From positions 992,001 to 1,056,000 of the forward strand of contig JAQFVV010000008.1 in assembly GCA_028023455.1 (NCBI GenBank): DNA of 64,000 nucleotides, in the 5' to 3' direction. This document shows positions 26,250 to 37,413 of this stretch, in pieces; within the stretch, counting starts at the first letter, position 1, and every line of letters begins with the position of its first letter. The notes under the pieces are model-generated. The model had not been told where the DNA came from. It saw only the letters and a program-made list of their open reading frames with translations, and did no database searches. The position numbers and the translations under genes are program-made. The stretch comes from Epiperipatus broadwayi. Taxonomy: Eukaryota; Animalia; Onychophora.

Positions 26250-29200
26250 GCTATAACGTTTTTTTAATTTTATTCAAATACATAACAGATCATTCCTCTA
26301 ATATTTTAGAAGTTTGAATATTCCTAGTTGAACTTGGTGACATAAATCTTTAAATATTCAAATCATCTATCAAACTCTTCTCTGGTATGATTGACACTAT
26401 TATGAAGTTCCAAATAAAGTTCTTCCCACTGTATTGGGTTTTGGAGTTCAAATTTATTGACTGTTTTGTTTATCTCTTCTTCAGTATTAGCTTTGCCTTT
26501 TTATTGTTATCTCATGTTACACAATTAGAATGAAGATGGTCAATATGACTTCTATACCTACTTTCATTTTGAAGATGGTCGATATGACTTCTATACCTAC
26601 TTTCATTTTGCATTCTTATTACATCACAATATTTCTTGGTATTAACTTTCTATTTTTTTTTAATCCATGATCTTTTTTAAATTTATTATTCTCTAAGCTG
26701 TCTTTAATACAGACAACACATTTTTCTTCTAAATTATTACATACAATCTTTTCTATCTTTTTGCTAATTTGTACTAACAAAACAATTTAATATGTAGTTT
26801 TTGGCTTTTCTTGATTACCATTGATGAAATAGGAAAGGATATATAGCTTCACATACATTATTCACTCCCATAACTGTTTCACAGCTATTTCTGTTATGCT
26901 ATTTAACTATGAGTCATTGAAATGTATCAACACTTGAACCATCCTCGGTTTTTTTAAACGTTACTGCACTACTGTTAAGGATATGTATATCTGAGATTTC
27001 TTAATATAAATAAATCTGATTGCATGTAAGTCTCTTCAGAGCTGACATTTTTAAGTCTCTAATCTTCTCATTAACAAGAAACACATCATTATTAGAATAT
27101 TGCATACACATTTTGCTTTGAGCTTATTGCTTCACACTATGGATGATACTCTATGGTAATTTTGTAGTCCCTTGACATAATCCATATTATATAATTAGAA
27201 AAATTATCTAAGAACATAGAAGATACACCTCCCAATTTATTCCTAGGTAATAGCATATTAGCAGGCCATAGCTTTTGCTTTGAAATAGTTCTAATAACTT
27301 TTCCATCTCAAGTACAGATATAATTATTTGTTTGTTTTGTGATATATATCATAAATCCTTTGCATGTTGAAAAATTTCTTCAGCCATTCCAGAATCTATA
27401 GACATTATCATGTGACAGTAGAGGTTAACATTATCTTAATCCACTTCAATAGATGATAACATCCTCCATCATTCTCAGTTCAGTTCACTTCTCAAATACT
27501 TTACACTTGAGGACTTCAGAATTCATATTATCTATACCATTGATAGCTGATAATTTTTGGAGTGGGTCAGACTTAACTGAAAATTTAGTAATGCATCCGT
27601 ATATAGTATTTGAGTATATATACTGATAACAGGTTCTATCAACTTAAATTTGAGGCTGGTTTGGTTCTTGCTAGTATTTATAATGAAATAATTGTCTTTG
27701 ACTACTTTCACCAAAAGTGCACTTAGCATTAGGTTGTAGAAATTACTTCATTATGCAGATGAACAAACATTTGCAAATTTGAATATACAAATATTGATGG
27801 TACCTTTAATGTTAAAAAATAATAGCTAAAGCATCTTTAACTGAGTATATTTTCCTTTCTGCATCTATTGGTCTTTGACATTATAGCTGCCATTCTAAAT
27901 GCTATTGCATTGTCAATTCAGTATCTTCCTGATAATGAATGATGAAACTCTCAGAGTAGAGAAGTTAATTTACTGAAACAATTCTCCTAGAGCTGATTCC
28001 CATATTATTATTATTTTTTTAACAGATTAAACAATGATTTGCATTTATATACTCATTAAAAAAATTAATGAGACTCTAAAATAACAGTAATTCCTTTACA
28101 TAAGAGCCTTTGTCTTCATCACTGCCCATGCTTTCTTGAATGACAGTTTCTTTTCTTTTTCAGATATCAGATGACTAAGAAATTCTATTTTCTGAGTTTT
28201 CCATAAACATACCCTCAATTTCTTACAAATCTTCATTATACATCAATACAGTTTGTCCTCTGTTATCAAAATATCCAAGTACAGTACCTTCCCCACTCCA
28301 TACAAGAAGGAATTGATCTTCATTTGGAATATATTAGATATAGTGATTTTGGAAATTAGTTGTTGCACCAAAAAGTCCAATATGAGTAGAAAAAATAAGG
28401 ATGTTTGTCATTTTCCCATTTTCAGAAACTTATTGGAAAACATCACTGATATCTAATTTTGCAAAAAAATATAGAAAGTTTTGAAAATGTAGAGAGGATC
28501 TCCTTTATATTAGGTATTGGGTAAGTATCTTTCTTACAACTTTGATTTACTGTTACACAGTAATCATATATATGAATCTCACTATCTAACTCTGATTCCC
28601 ACTGATAAGAATCATGCATTCTGAGTTCTCTACCATCTCACACCATTTCCAACCTTCTTATATATGTCAATAAGACTATTTTTTATACCATAGCTTCGAC
28701 TGTCCTACAGTTATCATCAGCCAGTTGATACTGTAAGAATAATGTTTTCGTATAAAAAATAGTATTGTTGAAGTATAAGAAGATTGGAAATGGTATGATA
28801 TATAAATATAGAAATCAATATAAGAAAAGGAGGAAGAAAAAAAATGTATTTCTCTATTACGTTCACTCCAATATTCTTCATTTTATCATTTTTCCTAGCA
28901 TTTCTTTTACCTTATTAAACATTGCTAAACAACACAGTTTTCTAAGTTTATATATGATGATTTTTGCTTTATTGCTCATCAAATTAATTGGTTTAGTATT
29001 AATTTCCATGTCACTTTTTAAATAAATCAGAATATTTTTTTATTTTCTCTCAAATCTATTCTAAGTTGTATATATAATTGTAGAGATTCAAGTCATTCTC
29101 TCACTATTAGTGGTTTTTTATAATATATAATATTCTAATCTTTGTAATTTTTAGCTTTGCTAATACTCTTACTTCTCTTAGTATTAATATTTGATTTCCA

Positions 29201-29650
29201 TTTTTCTTTACTGTTATTTAAATTTTTCAAAACTGAAGCAAGCCATTTTTAACTTAAGATTTTTTTACTATTATCTTACTTTAAGATTATGGATATTCTA
29301 AATCCACTACCTACTTCTTCACTTCCTATTTGTTATGTATATAAAAAAAAATATTCAGCGACTTCTTAGAAACATTTCAATGGACATTGTTTTTATTTAT
29401 TCCTTTGCATTATCACTATTATTAGCTGTTTTTTTTTATATTTTTGCTAAGTGATCCCAAAGATTACATTTGTAAAATATTTCATACTTCCAATTATATT
29501 TGGACATAAAGTAACCTTCCTTTCTATAATAATAACAAAATATCTTTCTGATTTTTCTGTGGTTCATGTTATTGATTTTCTGAACCATATGTTTATTACT
29601 AATTCCTTTCATGGTTTAGAGCTCCACAACTATTTCATATTATTCCTTTA
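26250..29650 (-). mobile_element. Patchwork of decayed LINE remnants
   Basis: Minus-strand purine skew and fragmentary RT-like frames; no intact ORF. Confidence 0.3.
26531..26608 (+). repeat. 39-bp tandem duplication
   Basis: tgaagatggtc(a/g)atatgacttctatacctactttcattt occurs twice. Confidence 0.95.
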
Positions 29651-30011
29651 TTGATGAACTTTCATCACTTTCATATTCTAGCAAGTTGACAGAGTTTATC
29701 TCAGCCTTTCCTCTTAGCAATTGTTCTACCAGTGCTTCTTCTGTTTTGATTTAATTAGCTCTCGTGATGCAAAGATCAAAATATATTATGATAATTTTCC
29801 TCCTTTCTCTAGCTCTCATTTCTAAAATATATAGTGTAATTATATAGCATTATTTAATTTCTCCACTTCTTTATATGTCTACAATTCTATGTCTCTAAGA
29901 TTACATAGCTTATTAGTAACTTCAGTTACCTTAATTTTGGAAATAGAGAATAATATCATTATTTTCCAATTGTTCTTATTAAGTTAATAATAATAAAAAA
30001 GTCTATGATAA

Positions 30012-30757
30012 TGCTGTGTCTTATGACCAGCAAGTATATAAATGGACAAAGGCAGAATTGAGATGGTAAGATTATAGTTTAATACGAATAATTTTAACTA
30101 TATACATTGCCTATTATAAGGCGTAATAAAATAATAAAAGGTCGTGGAAACCTGCATATAAATACCCTAGTCCTGCTTTTGGACTTACAGAGGCAGGAGT
30201 CTCTGACTTATAATTAAAACTCAGAACAATTAGATCAGGTTATGGGGGTTTATATACCCCTCAAGACTTCTGGAGTCTTTTACATTCCTAACCATATATG
30301 GTGTTTTCACATACGTTTTCACATACACACAGTGTTTTTACATTTCTCACCATATATGGTATTTTACACAGTTTTCTGACCCTATAAGGACAGCTGGGCT
30401 TTCTATGATTTAACAGCATTGCAATTTTACACAATCATTATACATAATTACTATACAGTTATTCTTATTTTACATATTCATTATATTTTACAGTTATTAC
30501 TTTTATTCTACATTATTGTACTCTTATTATTATACAATTATTATTCTTATTTTACATACTCTTATTATTATACAATTATTATTATTATTTTACAAATTCA
30601 TTATACATTTCAGTTATTAGTTTTATTCTACATTATTGTACAATTCTCTTATTATTATACAATTATTATTCTTATTTTACATACTCTTATTATTATTATT
30701 TTACATATTCATTATACATTACATATGTATATATCATTCTTGACCTTGAATACTGCA
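30012..30757 (-). repeat. 3' LTR (746 bp) with internal AT-rich minisatellite
   Basis: Reverse complement of the solo LTR 19988-20637. The length difference lies in the taataattgtataa-type tandem block. Confidence 0.92.
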
Positions 30758-30786
30758 CTCCTCCCCCACTCCAGAAGTATGGTTTT

Positions 30787-31707
30787 TCACCTAACATAGT
30801 CTTTGAGTTGAGATGGTTGCTGGCGGTCTTTGCTGTGCTTCACCAATTTGCTGTTTGTTGATGGTGGTTTCGATGCGCCAATTTTTGCTGTGCTATAGGT
30901 ACTTTCCGAGGTTTTGTTACAATAGGTTTTCCTCTGTCTCTTAACTCTATCTCTACAGGCAAGGTTTTTAGTTTTCCTGGTTTTTTTTGTAGAAGCTGGG
31001 ATATTTTTGAATTGCGATTCTATATCGATTTTTTTTATAATGCATATTTTTATGCCTAGGGGTGCAAACCACTCACGGCCAATGATCGGGTTAATATCTC
31101 CGTTCATGATATATATTGGTAGTATTTCTTTAGTTTTCGTTGTTTCTACCTTTACATTTGCAACTCCTAATGTCCTTATGGGATTTTTATTAGCATCCCA
31201 GGCCTTGAGTTGAGTCTTCTCTATCCTTGGAGGGAATTTTAAATTCTGGATTAGTCTTTCCCAATCTTTACTCTTTGCTCCGCTATCAATTTCCATGCTT
31301 ATTGGCTTGCCGATTAGTTTTACATTTATCATAATTTGATCAGTTTCGTTTATAGTAGCACTTTTTATGTAGCTACTTTCCATCACTTCGCATGCAAGTT
31401 CTCTGTTAGGCTTTGTATAGTGGTGCCATCTTTCGGGATACTCAGTTATTTCCTGATAACTTTCGGTTTCTGGCATATTGCAATCACGGGCTTTGTGACG
31501 GATTTTTCTACATCGGTAACATTTAATTTGTTTATCGGTTTTGGGTTTAACTCCAAATGTTTTAAATATTGTAGTTTGAAGTGGTTCTGATCTCCTGAAA
31601 CTTCTGAACTCTCTCACTTGGTCAAGCAGCAGTTCATTAACTGTTCCATGTCTGATAGCTTCTTCGTAAATTAGATCTTTTATTGCCAATGCTAAACTGG
31701 TCATCAA
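30787..31707 (-). CDS. Retrotransposon gag C-terminus, CCHC knuckle, aspartic protease and pol-tail fusion ORF (306 aa)
   Basis: CYRCRKIRHKARDC knuckle; MEIDSGA protease site; IIGREWF; ends ...RQQPSQLKDYVR, typical of the pol end of this family. Confidence 0.8.
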   Translation of the reverse strand: MMTSLALAIKDLIYEEAIRHGTVNELLLDQVREFRSFRRSEPLQTTIFKTFGVKPKTDKQIKCYRCRKIRHKARDCNMPETESYQEITEYPERWHHYTKPNRELACEVMESSYIKSATINETDQIMINVKLIGKPISMEIDSGAKSKDWERLIQNLKFPPRIEKTQLKAWDANKNPIRTLGVANVKVETTKTKEILPIYIMNGDINPIIGREWFAPLGIKICIIKKIDIESQFKNIPASTKKTRKTKNLACRDRVKRQRKTYCNKTSESTYSTAKIGASKPPSTNSKLVKHSKDRQQPSQLKDYVR

Positions 31708-32319
31708 TTATTCTGTATAATAGCTGTTCTAGAAGAGCTTCTTCTAAATATTTACCGTAAAGGCATGACTTTGCCATCTCTCTTAAACCAATGTCACATT
31801 CTTTTATTTTCTCTTTCTTTATTTGCCTTCTGCCTCTAAAGTGCAATCGAGCAACAAACTTGGATGTTTGGGGATTGAAATATTCATTTAGCTGTGTTAT
31901 GAGCTCATCGTATTTCTGCGTCTCCGGCGAATTTCCACAGTTTGTTCGCCATTTCGATTACCCTCTCGCCTGCAAAGCAAAAGTAATGAGGCTACTTTTA
32001 CAGTATTCATGGTAATACTATTTAGTATAAAGTAGCTTTTGATCCTCTGAACATACAATGGCCAATCACTCGGATTTTGTACATTAAATTTGCAAATAGA
32101 AACTTGCGATATGCTCGCCATTTCTCTATTGATTCAAATCCACTTACGATTTGTCTCAGTTTGCTGTTTAGGCAATTATTTCCAGATTCGATCTTATGAT
32201 GACCGAGCCAATTTTTAATGTAGTTCCATTCCTGTATTGACTGTCACTTTCTTTCAGATTCAATTCCTGTGTCAACTGCGCCAATAAGTTATTATTCTTA
32301 TTTTACATACTCTTATTAT

Positions 32320-32470
32320 TGAAATAGTTAAGATTTTACTTCATTAACGCTTAAATAAATTAATATATATATGTGCTCTGCGCACAGGTAATGAAGCTAT
32401 TAATAAATTGTCAAAATTTTTACTGCCAAGCGCTCGGGACAGTCTACAGTCCCATATTCATGGCGAGTTA
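32320..32470. mobile_element. ~150-bp CpG-rich insertion nested in the 5' LTR
   Basis: Absent from the homologous LTR segment (~30540-30580). Flanked by ttat/attat on both sides. Begins tgaaatag. Confidence 0.65.
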
Positions 32471-33479
32471 TTATACAATTATTATTATTTTACATATTCA
32501 TTATACATTACATATGTATATACCTTTCTTGACCTTGAATACTGCAGGTGATCTATATACAAATGAGTCAATCATTAGTATTATTAATGATAAAATCTAG
32601 AAAAATTGTTTGGCTAAGATTTTCACTACTAATACCTTTGTCGCTTGTGCTATTTTTTACTCATTTACAAATAGGCACACAAAATACTAATTTAAACATT
32701 TACTTATAAGTATTTGATCATACAACTGAAATTAATTTCATATCATATATATATACGTCAAATAAAATGAAATATTTACAATAGCTCTTAAAAGTGGAAC
32801 TGCTACAATGTAGTCTACCCATTAATTAAAACAACAGACTACTTTCCAATGATTCAAAAAATAATTTATTGAAAAAAAAAAAGAGTGAAAATATTGAATT
32901 TAGACCATGTACATTAAATAAACTCAAGATAATAATTTATTAGCTAAAAATTAATTTAATGTAAAAATGTATTGATAAAAAATAAATGTATGCACAAATG
33001 CAAATTCATAAATAAATTATAAAAATAAAACCATTCACAGCAACAAGTTTATCAAATAAAAGCAAGCATAGAATCAAAAAAAAAAACAATACCTTTAGAT
33101 GAAATAATGGAAAACGGATATTATATAATGCATTCAGATAAAAATGTATACTTTTTAAAATGTAACTGGTTGATGGTTTACATTTCATATTTTTGCACTA
33201 TACCACTAAATTATGTTACAATATCACCACAATAATCTAATGCTTGTTCTATCAGCTGATACAGCCTGAACATTTTTTATAAAACCCATAACATTTCTCT
33301 TGTGTATTTATATTAAAATGTTAATCAAGAAATTTTGTTTCCAAATAATATGAGAATATTGTGGTAGATATATTTCTGGTATGTATGAAAAGGAAAAACT
33401 CCAGAAAAGGATATCAGTCATCTTGTTCGATCACAATTGATGATTTTTTTTTTAGATTTAATATAAATTTTGTGCTTAC

Positions 33480-33534
33480 CTTTGATGCATTTACTGCTGT
33501 GATTTTATTTTTGAAATTCATGGACTTAGAATTT
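33480..33534 (-). other. Candidate 55-nt exon of an unidentified minus-strand transcript
   Basis: tttatttattaaatatgtttacag acceptor and AAG|GTAAGC donor. The only open frame is NSKSMNFKNKITAVNASK. No downstream partner exon found. Confidence 0.4.
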
Positions 33535-35199
33535 CTGTAAACATATTTAATAAATAAATAATTTTTTTGATTTTATTTAATATATGCTAAAGCTAGGTAA
33601 TCAAGGATAAATGCAGTCATTTCATTTTTTTACCGATTAATTTTGGATCATTAGTAAATAGTATATAGCTCAAACTACAGACCATACACTATATTAATAC
33701 CATAAAACTTTACTCACACTATACATCAGTAAGATCTATAGATTTCCTAGTCTCTTCTAAAGTTAGACCTAAATCAGGATTAGAGTTGCATACTTTCTTC
33801 GCAGATGTCCATATAGTTTTTTCAAAAATTAATAAACTTGTTACTGACTTAGTTGATATCATTCAACCAATCAAACTTCTATGTTTTTGGGGTATAAATT
33901 AATTTGCTTAATTAATTAACAATAACAGATAAGAAGGTTAATCTTTTTTTAATCATTTTCTTAGATAAGATTTAACTCTTTTTATTGTTTATTAAATTAC
34001 ATATCCCACACCCTCTCTAACTTTAATAATACATTTTTAAAATTCCTCATTATAGAAAAATATAAGAAATTTTACTTTCAAAATTCTTATAATACTTTAC
34101 TTAAATGGGTAACACCCTTATTTATCTCTTTTTCATTTTTTTAAATCACTGATTCCTAATGGACACATATCTCCATAAAGATCATTGTTCCCAGAATTAT
34201 TTTTCTTACTGTTAAGTTTGATCTCCTGATTCTCCATTAAAAAAAATATACTTTAAGTATGATTAACAAATAAATAATTCAGTACTAAGTAATTTACACT
34301 GAACACAAATACATTATGTAAATAGTAATTCGATATCGGCATCTCTATAAGCTAATATTTTTTTTATTAATTTTATAATGTATTCTCTAAAATACACATA
34401 TAGTTTAGTTTTATAATTCCATACTACCTTCACAATTTGTTATTTAAGAGTCTATTGGCTTTTGAAGCTTAAAAAAATAAAAATCAATATGATCTAATTG
34501 GCCATTTAACCTACTAAGAAAAACTCCCCTGGAAAAGATATCCCTTGTTGAATTTTTCTGCTACTTCAAACTGCAGTTCTCCAAAAGAGACCAATAATGC
34601 AGAAAATGATAACTCTGCTATGGTTTATGTATCTGTTCTTTCTGGAGCATTTTATCCAAACGGCAACAAACTCTCCATACAGTAGTACCTAGGAAATGGA
34701 GATCATATGATGTTTAATAATATTCTATTCAATAGAGTCAATGTAAACTTCCTAAGATTAACTAGATTTAATCAGTTTGACTTCTGTAGATAAAAATCTG
34801 TCTTAATTAGTTATTAGAAATATTTTCTCTGGATGAGAAAGGATTTCATCTTTTTGCAGACTTATTTTTCGATTGTATTTAATTACAGATAATATTCAAA
34901 GCTAATTAGTTTTATTTTTGACTATTTTTGGTTTACTTTGCTTTTAATTACGCCTATTTTATTCTAGACTACTATAATTTTATTCTGGTTGCTACTGATA
35001 TTTCACTTATACTAAACATTATTAACATCTGCTTGGCTTGGAAATATAAAAAAACTGACATTCTTCAACTAGTTTAATATTTTTATTTATGAAGATAAAA
35101 AATATAGATCTTACAATTAAAGCATAAAGAAGATAATAAGAATATTAAACTTATAAAAATATTATCCAAAAAGTTTATCAAAACTGCCAGAATAGCCAC

Positions 35200-35900
35200 C
35201 TCCCTTGAATATTGCAAATTCCGATCGCATATTGAGATTATCCGATTCAACAAAACCTACGGAACAAGTCGAAATTAAAAATAATTGAAAGATTTGTAGT
35301 TCGGGTGTTCAAATATCACTTATGACAGAGGCAAATCGCGGTTCAGAGATCTTGAGCTCTAGAATCCGTTAATCCACCAGTCCACTAAATCATGCAGGTC
35401 ATATTTGATATCTGAATGGTAATTCACGTCACCGCAAATACATTTTGAGAGAACCCTTGGTTTAAAAGGTAAACTTACTTTTCAAAAATGCAGCAGAAAT
35501 CTCTTAACAATATAGTGATAATTAACAAATACTTTCAAAATATCATCCTCGTTAAAATGAGCCTTATATATATCCTAAATAAATGAACATTTAATTTTTA
35601 CTATTTCCGATAAGCAGCGTTTATTCGTAAATGAAACCTTGTCAAATACAGACGACATTAGCATGCATAGGTATTATTTTAAAATTGCTTGGTGGTTAAA
35701 TAATATATTATAATGAGAACAGCAACAAAAAGTTGATTACTTTTGCTACAGTATGCTAAGGAAAACTTCTTTTATTAATAATGTTTTTTTCGATAATACG
35801 ACTCGATTATGAAATAACGTTTAAAACTTCCTGGTCTCTCACGGAAACAAAAAACTAACATTTCAATTACGAAGTCTAGATAAAATGAACTTTTAACAGG
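35200..35900. promoter_or_regulatory. CpG-retaining region; probable (bidirectional) promoter of AMDHD2
   Basis: Many CpGs against a depleted background. Plus-strand donors at 35469 (AAG|GTAAAC) and 35671 (TAG|GTATT); minus-strand donor at 35478 (AA|GTAAGT); CRE/E-box-like cacgtca at ~35425-35431. The AMDHD2 ATG exon has an upstream acceptor, so it needs a 5' exon. Confidence 0.5.
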
Positions 35901-37090
35901 TCTTTATCTAATATTAAACACAATTATGTATGCTAGGCTTTCAACCCTACAGGAGGTTCAATAATCAAGGTAGTTTGCTATTTTCTAATACAATTTAATC
36001 TTAAAATTTTAGTTTAATAAAGTAAAAGCTCATTAAAGTTTATGATGAACTGTAAGAGATTGCTATCTACAGCTAAGGTGATCAAATATTACCATATACT
36101 ATATTGGTTTTTAAAATTTCAATTTAAATATGGATACATCTTTCTTGTGTTAATAGTACATTATAAACTTTTTCGAGCTCCGAGAATGAAACTTTGCGAT
36201 AAAATAATGAATTCCTCACATTTTATTAAATTGCATTGTTTGTCTACTACGATTTTATAATAAATATAAACAAGTCCCTAACGAAATACTGTGTCACATG
36301 ATTTTAAACTATGGCCGCGCCCGCGAAGTGTTAGCAGACGGGTTTGTTCAGATTTTTTTTAAAAAAAAAAAAATTAACAACCACTTGTTTTTATTAAATG
36401 AACAATATTTGATTTTTAGTTTTTTACTAATATAGTTTTCTTTAATTATATAGTTTAATATTTTTAATATATGTTATTGAAATAATATATTTCACTTTTT
36501 TAAGCTTATATTTTTTAAATTTTTTCTTAAAAATATATAATTTTACAGTATCGATTAAAATCTAAAAACAAAAAGAATTATATGAAATTTATTTAAAGTA
36601 TATACTACATAAGAAAAAAATATTTACAAACTACTTGAACGGTAATTGTAGATGGAAATTTTACATTTAAGAATCCTACTTCTCTGTTTATGAAAAGAGA
36701 AATTTCTAAATTTTGCTAAATTTATTATTGAATGATAAATTAAAATTAATCATAAACTATGTCATGGATATTTCGTGTAAGTTCTATGCTAATTAGTTTT
36801 GGCGATTTTTTATATGAATTAATTAGAAGCATAGTTTTCTTAATCGTTTGTTGAAATAAACCAATATTTTTATTTGACATCATTATCAGTCGATTGCAGA
36901 ATTAGTATATCCAATTTCTCCGATTATTAGCTTATCCATGTCATTCCAGCAAATATTATTTTATCCTTCAATCTTACATTTGGTCTTATTCTAAGTTTCA
37001 TATTATCTTATTGGTATCCAATTTAAACTTCATTTGCCATTCTCACTTTTAGTGACTTATCCAGCCAACTGTATATCACATTCTTACTTC

Positions 37091-37413
37091 TGACATTAAT
37101 TAAAACAGGCAAAACTCACTATATATATATTGCCACACATAGCAAGCTAGAGTAATCAATGGATACCAGAAGGCTTGTGTATAAAATCCCCATCTAGTGC
37201 CTACTTATCCAATATCCCCAGACTAGTTTCTGGCTTATGGATGAGTAGGCACTAGATAGGGATTTTATACACAAGCCTTCTGGCATCCATTGATTACTCT
37301 AGCTTGCTGTGTGTGGCAATATATATAGTGAGTTTTGCCTGTTTTAACAACAGTTATACACAAGCATAAGAGGAGGTGATCATGTGATGTTTATTGTACT
37401 TTCATTAATGTCA
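37091..37413. repeat. Palindromic derivative of the dispersed modular family (arms ~37101-37210 and ~37240-37347)
   Basis: taaaacaggcaaaactcactatatat...agagtaatcaatggataccagaaggcttgtgtataaaatccc is mirrored almost exactly. Outer tgacattaat/attaatgtca. Confidence 0.92.

Larger units (their letters stand above)
30012..32546 (-). mobile_element. Internally deleted Ty3/gypsy (K02A2.6-like) LTR retrotransposon: gag-protease, no RT/RNase H/integrase core
   Basis: 3' LTR 30012-30757; PPT ggagtgggggaggag at 30772-30758; PBS tggcgcagttgac at 32283-~32264 (resembles the complement of a tRNA-Ser 3' end); truncated 5' LTR 32284-32546; gag start MASISQVSICKFNVQNPSDWPLYVQRI at 32121. Confidence 0.9.

Noticed and set aside
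30419-30799. 126-aa I/Y/L-rich ORF (also 19977-20184 and 32373-32600)
   Set aside because: Translation of the AT-rich LTR minisatellite; low complexity.
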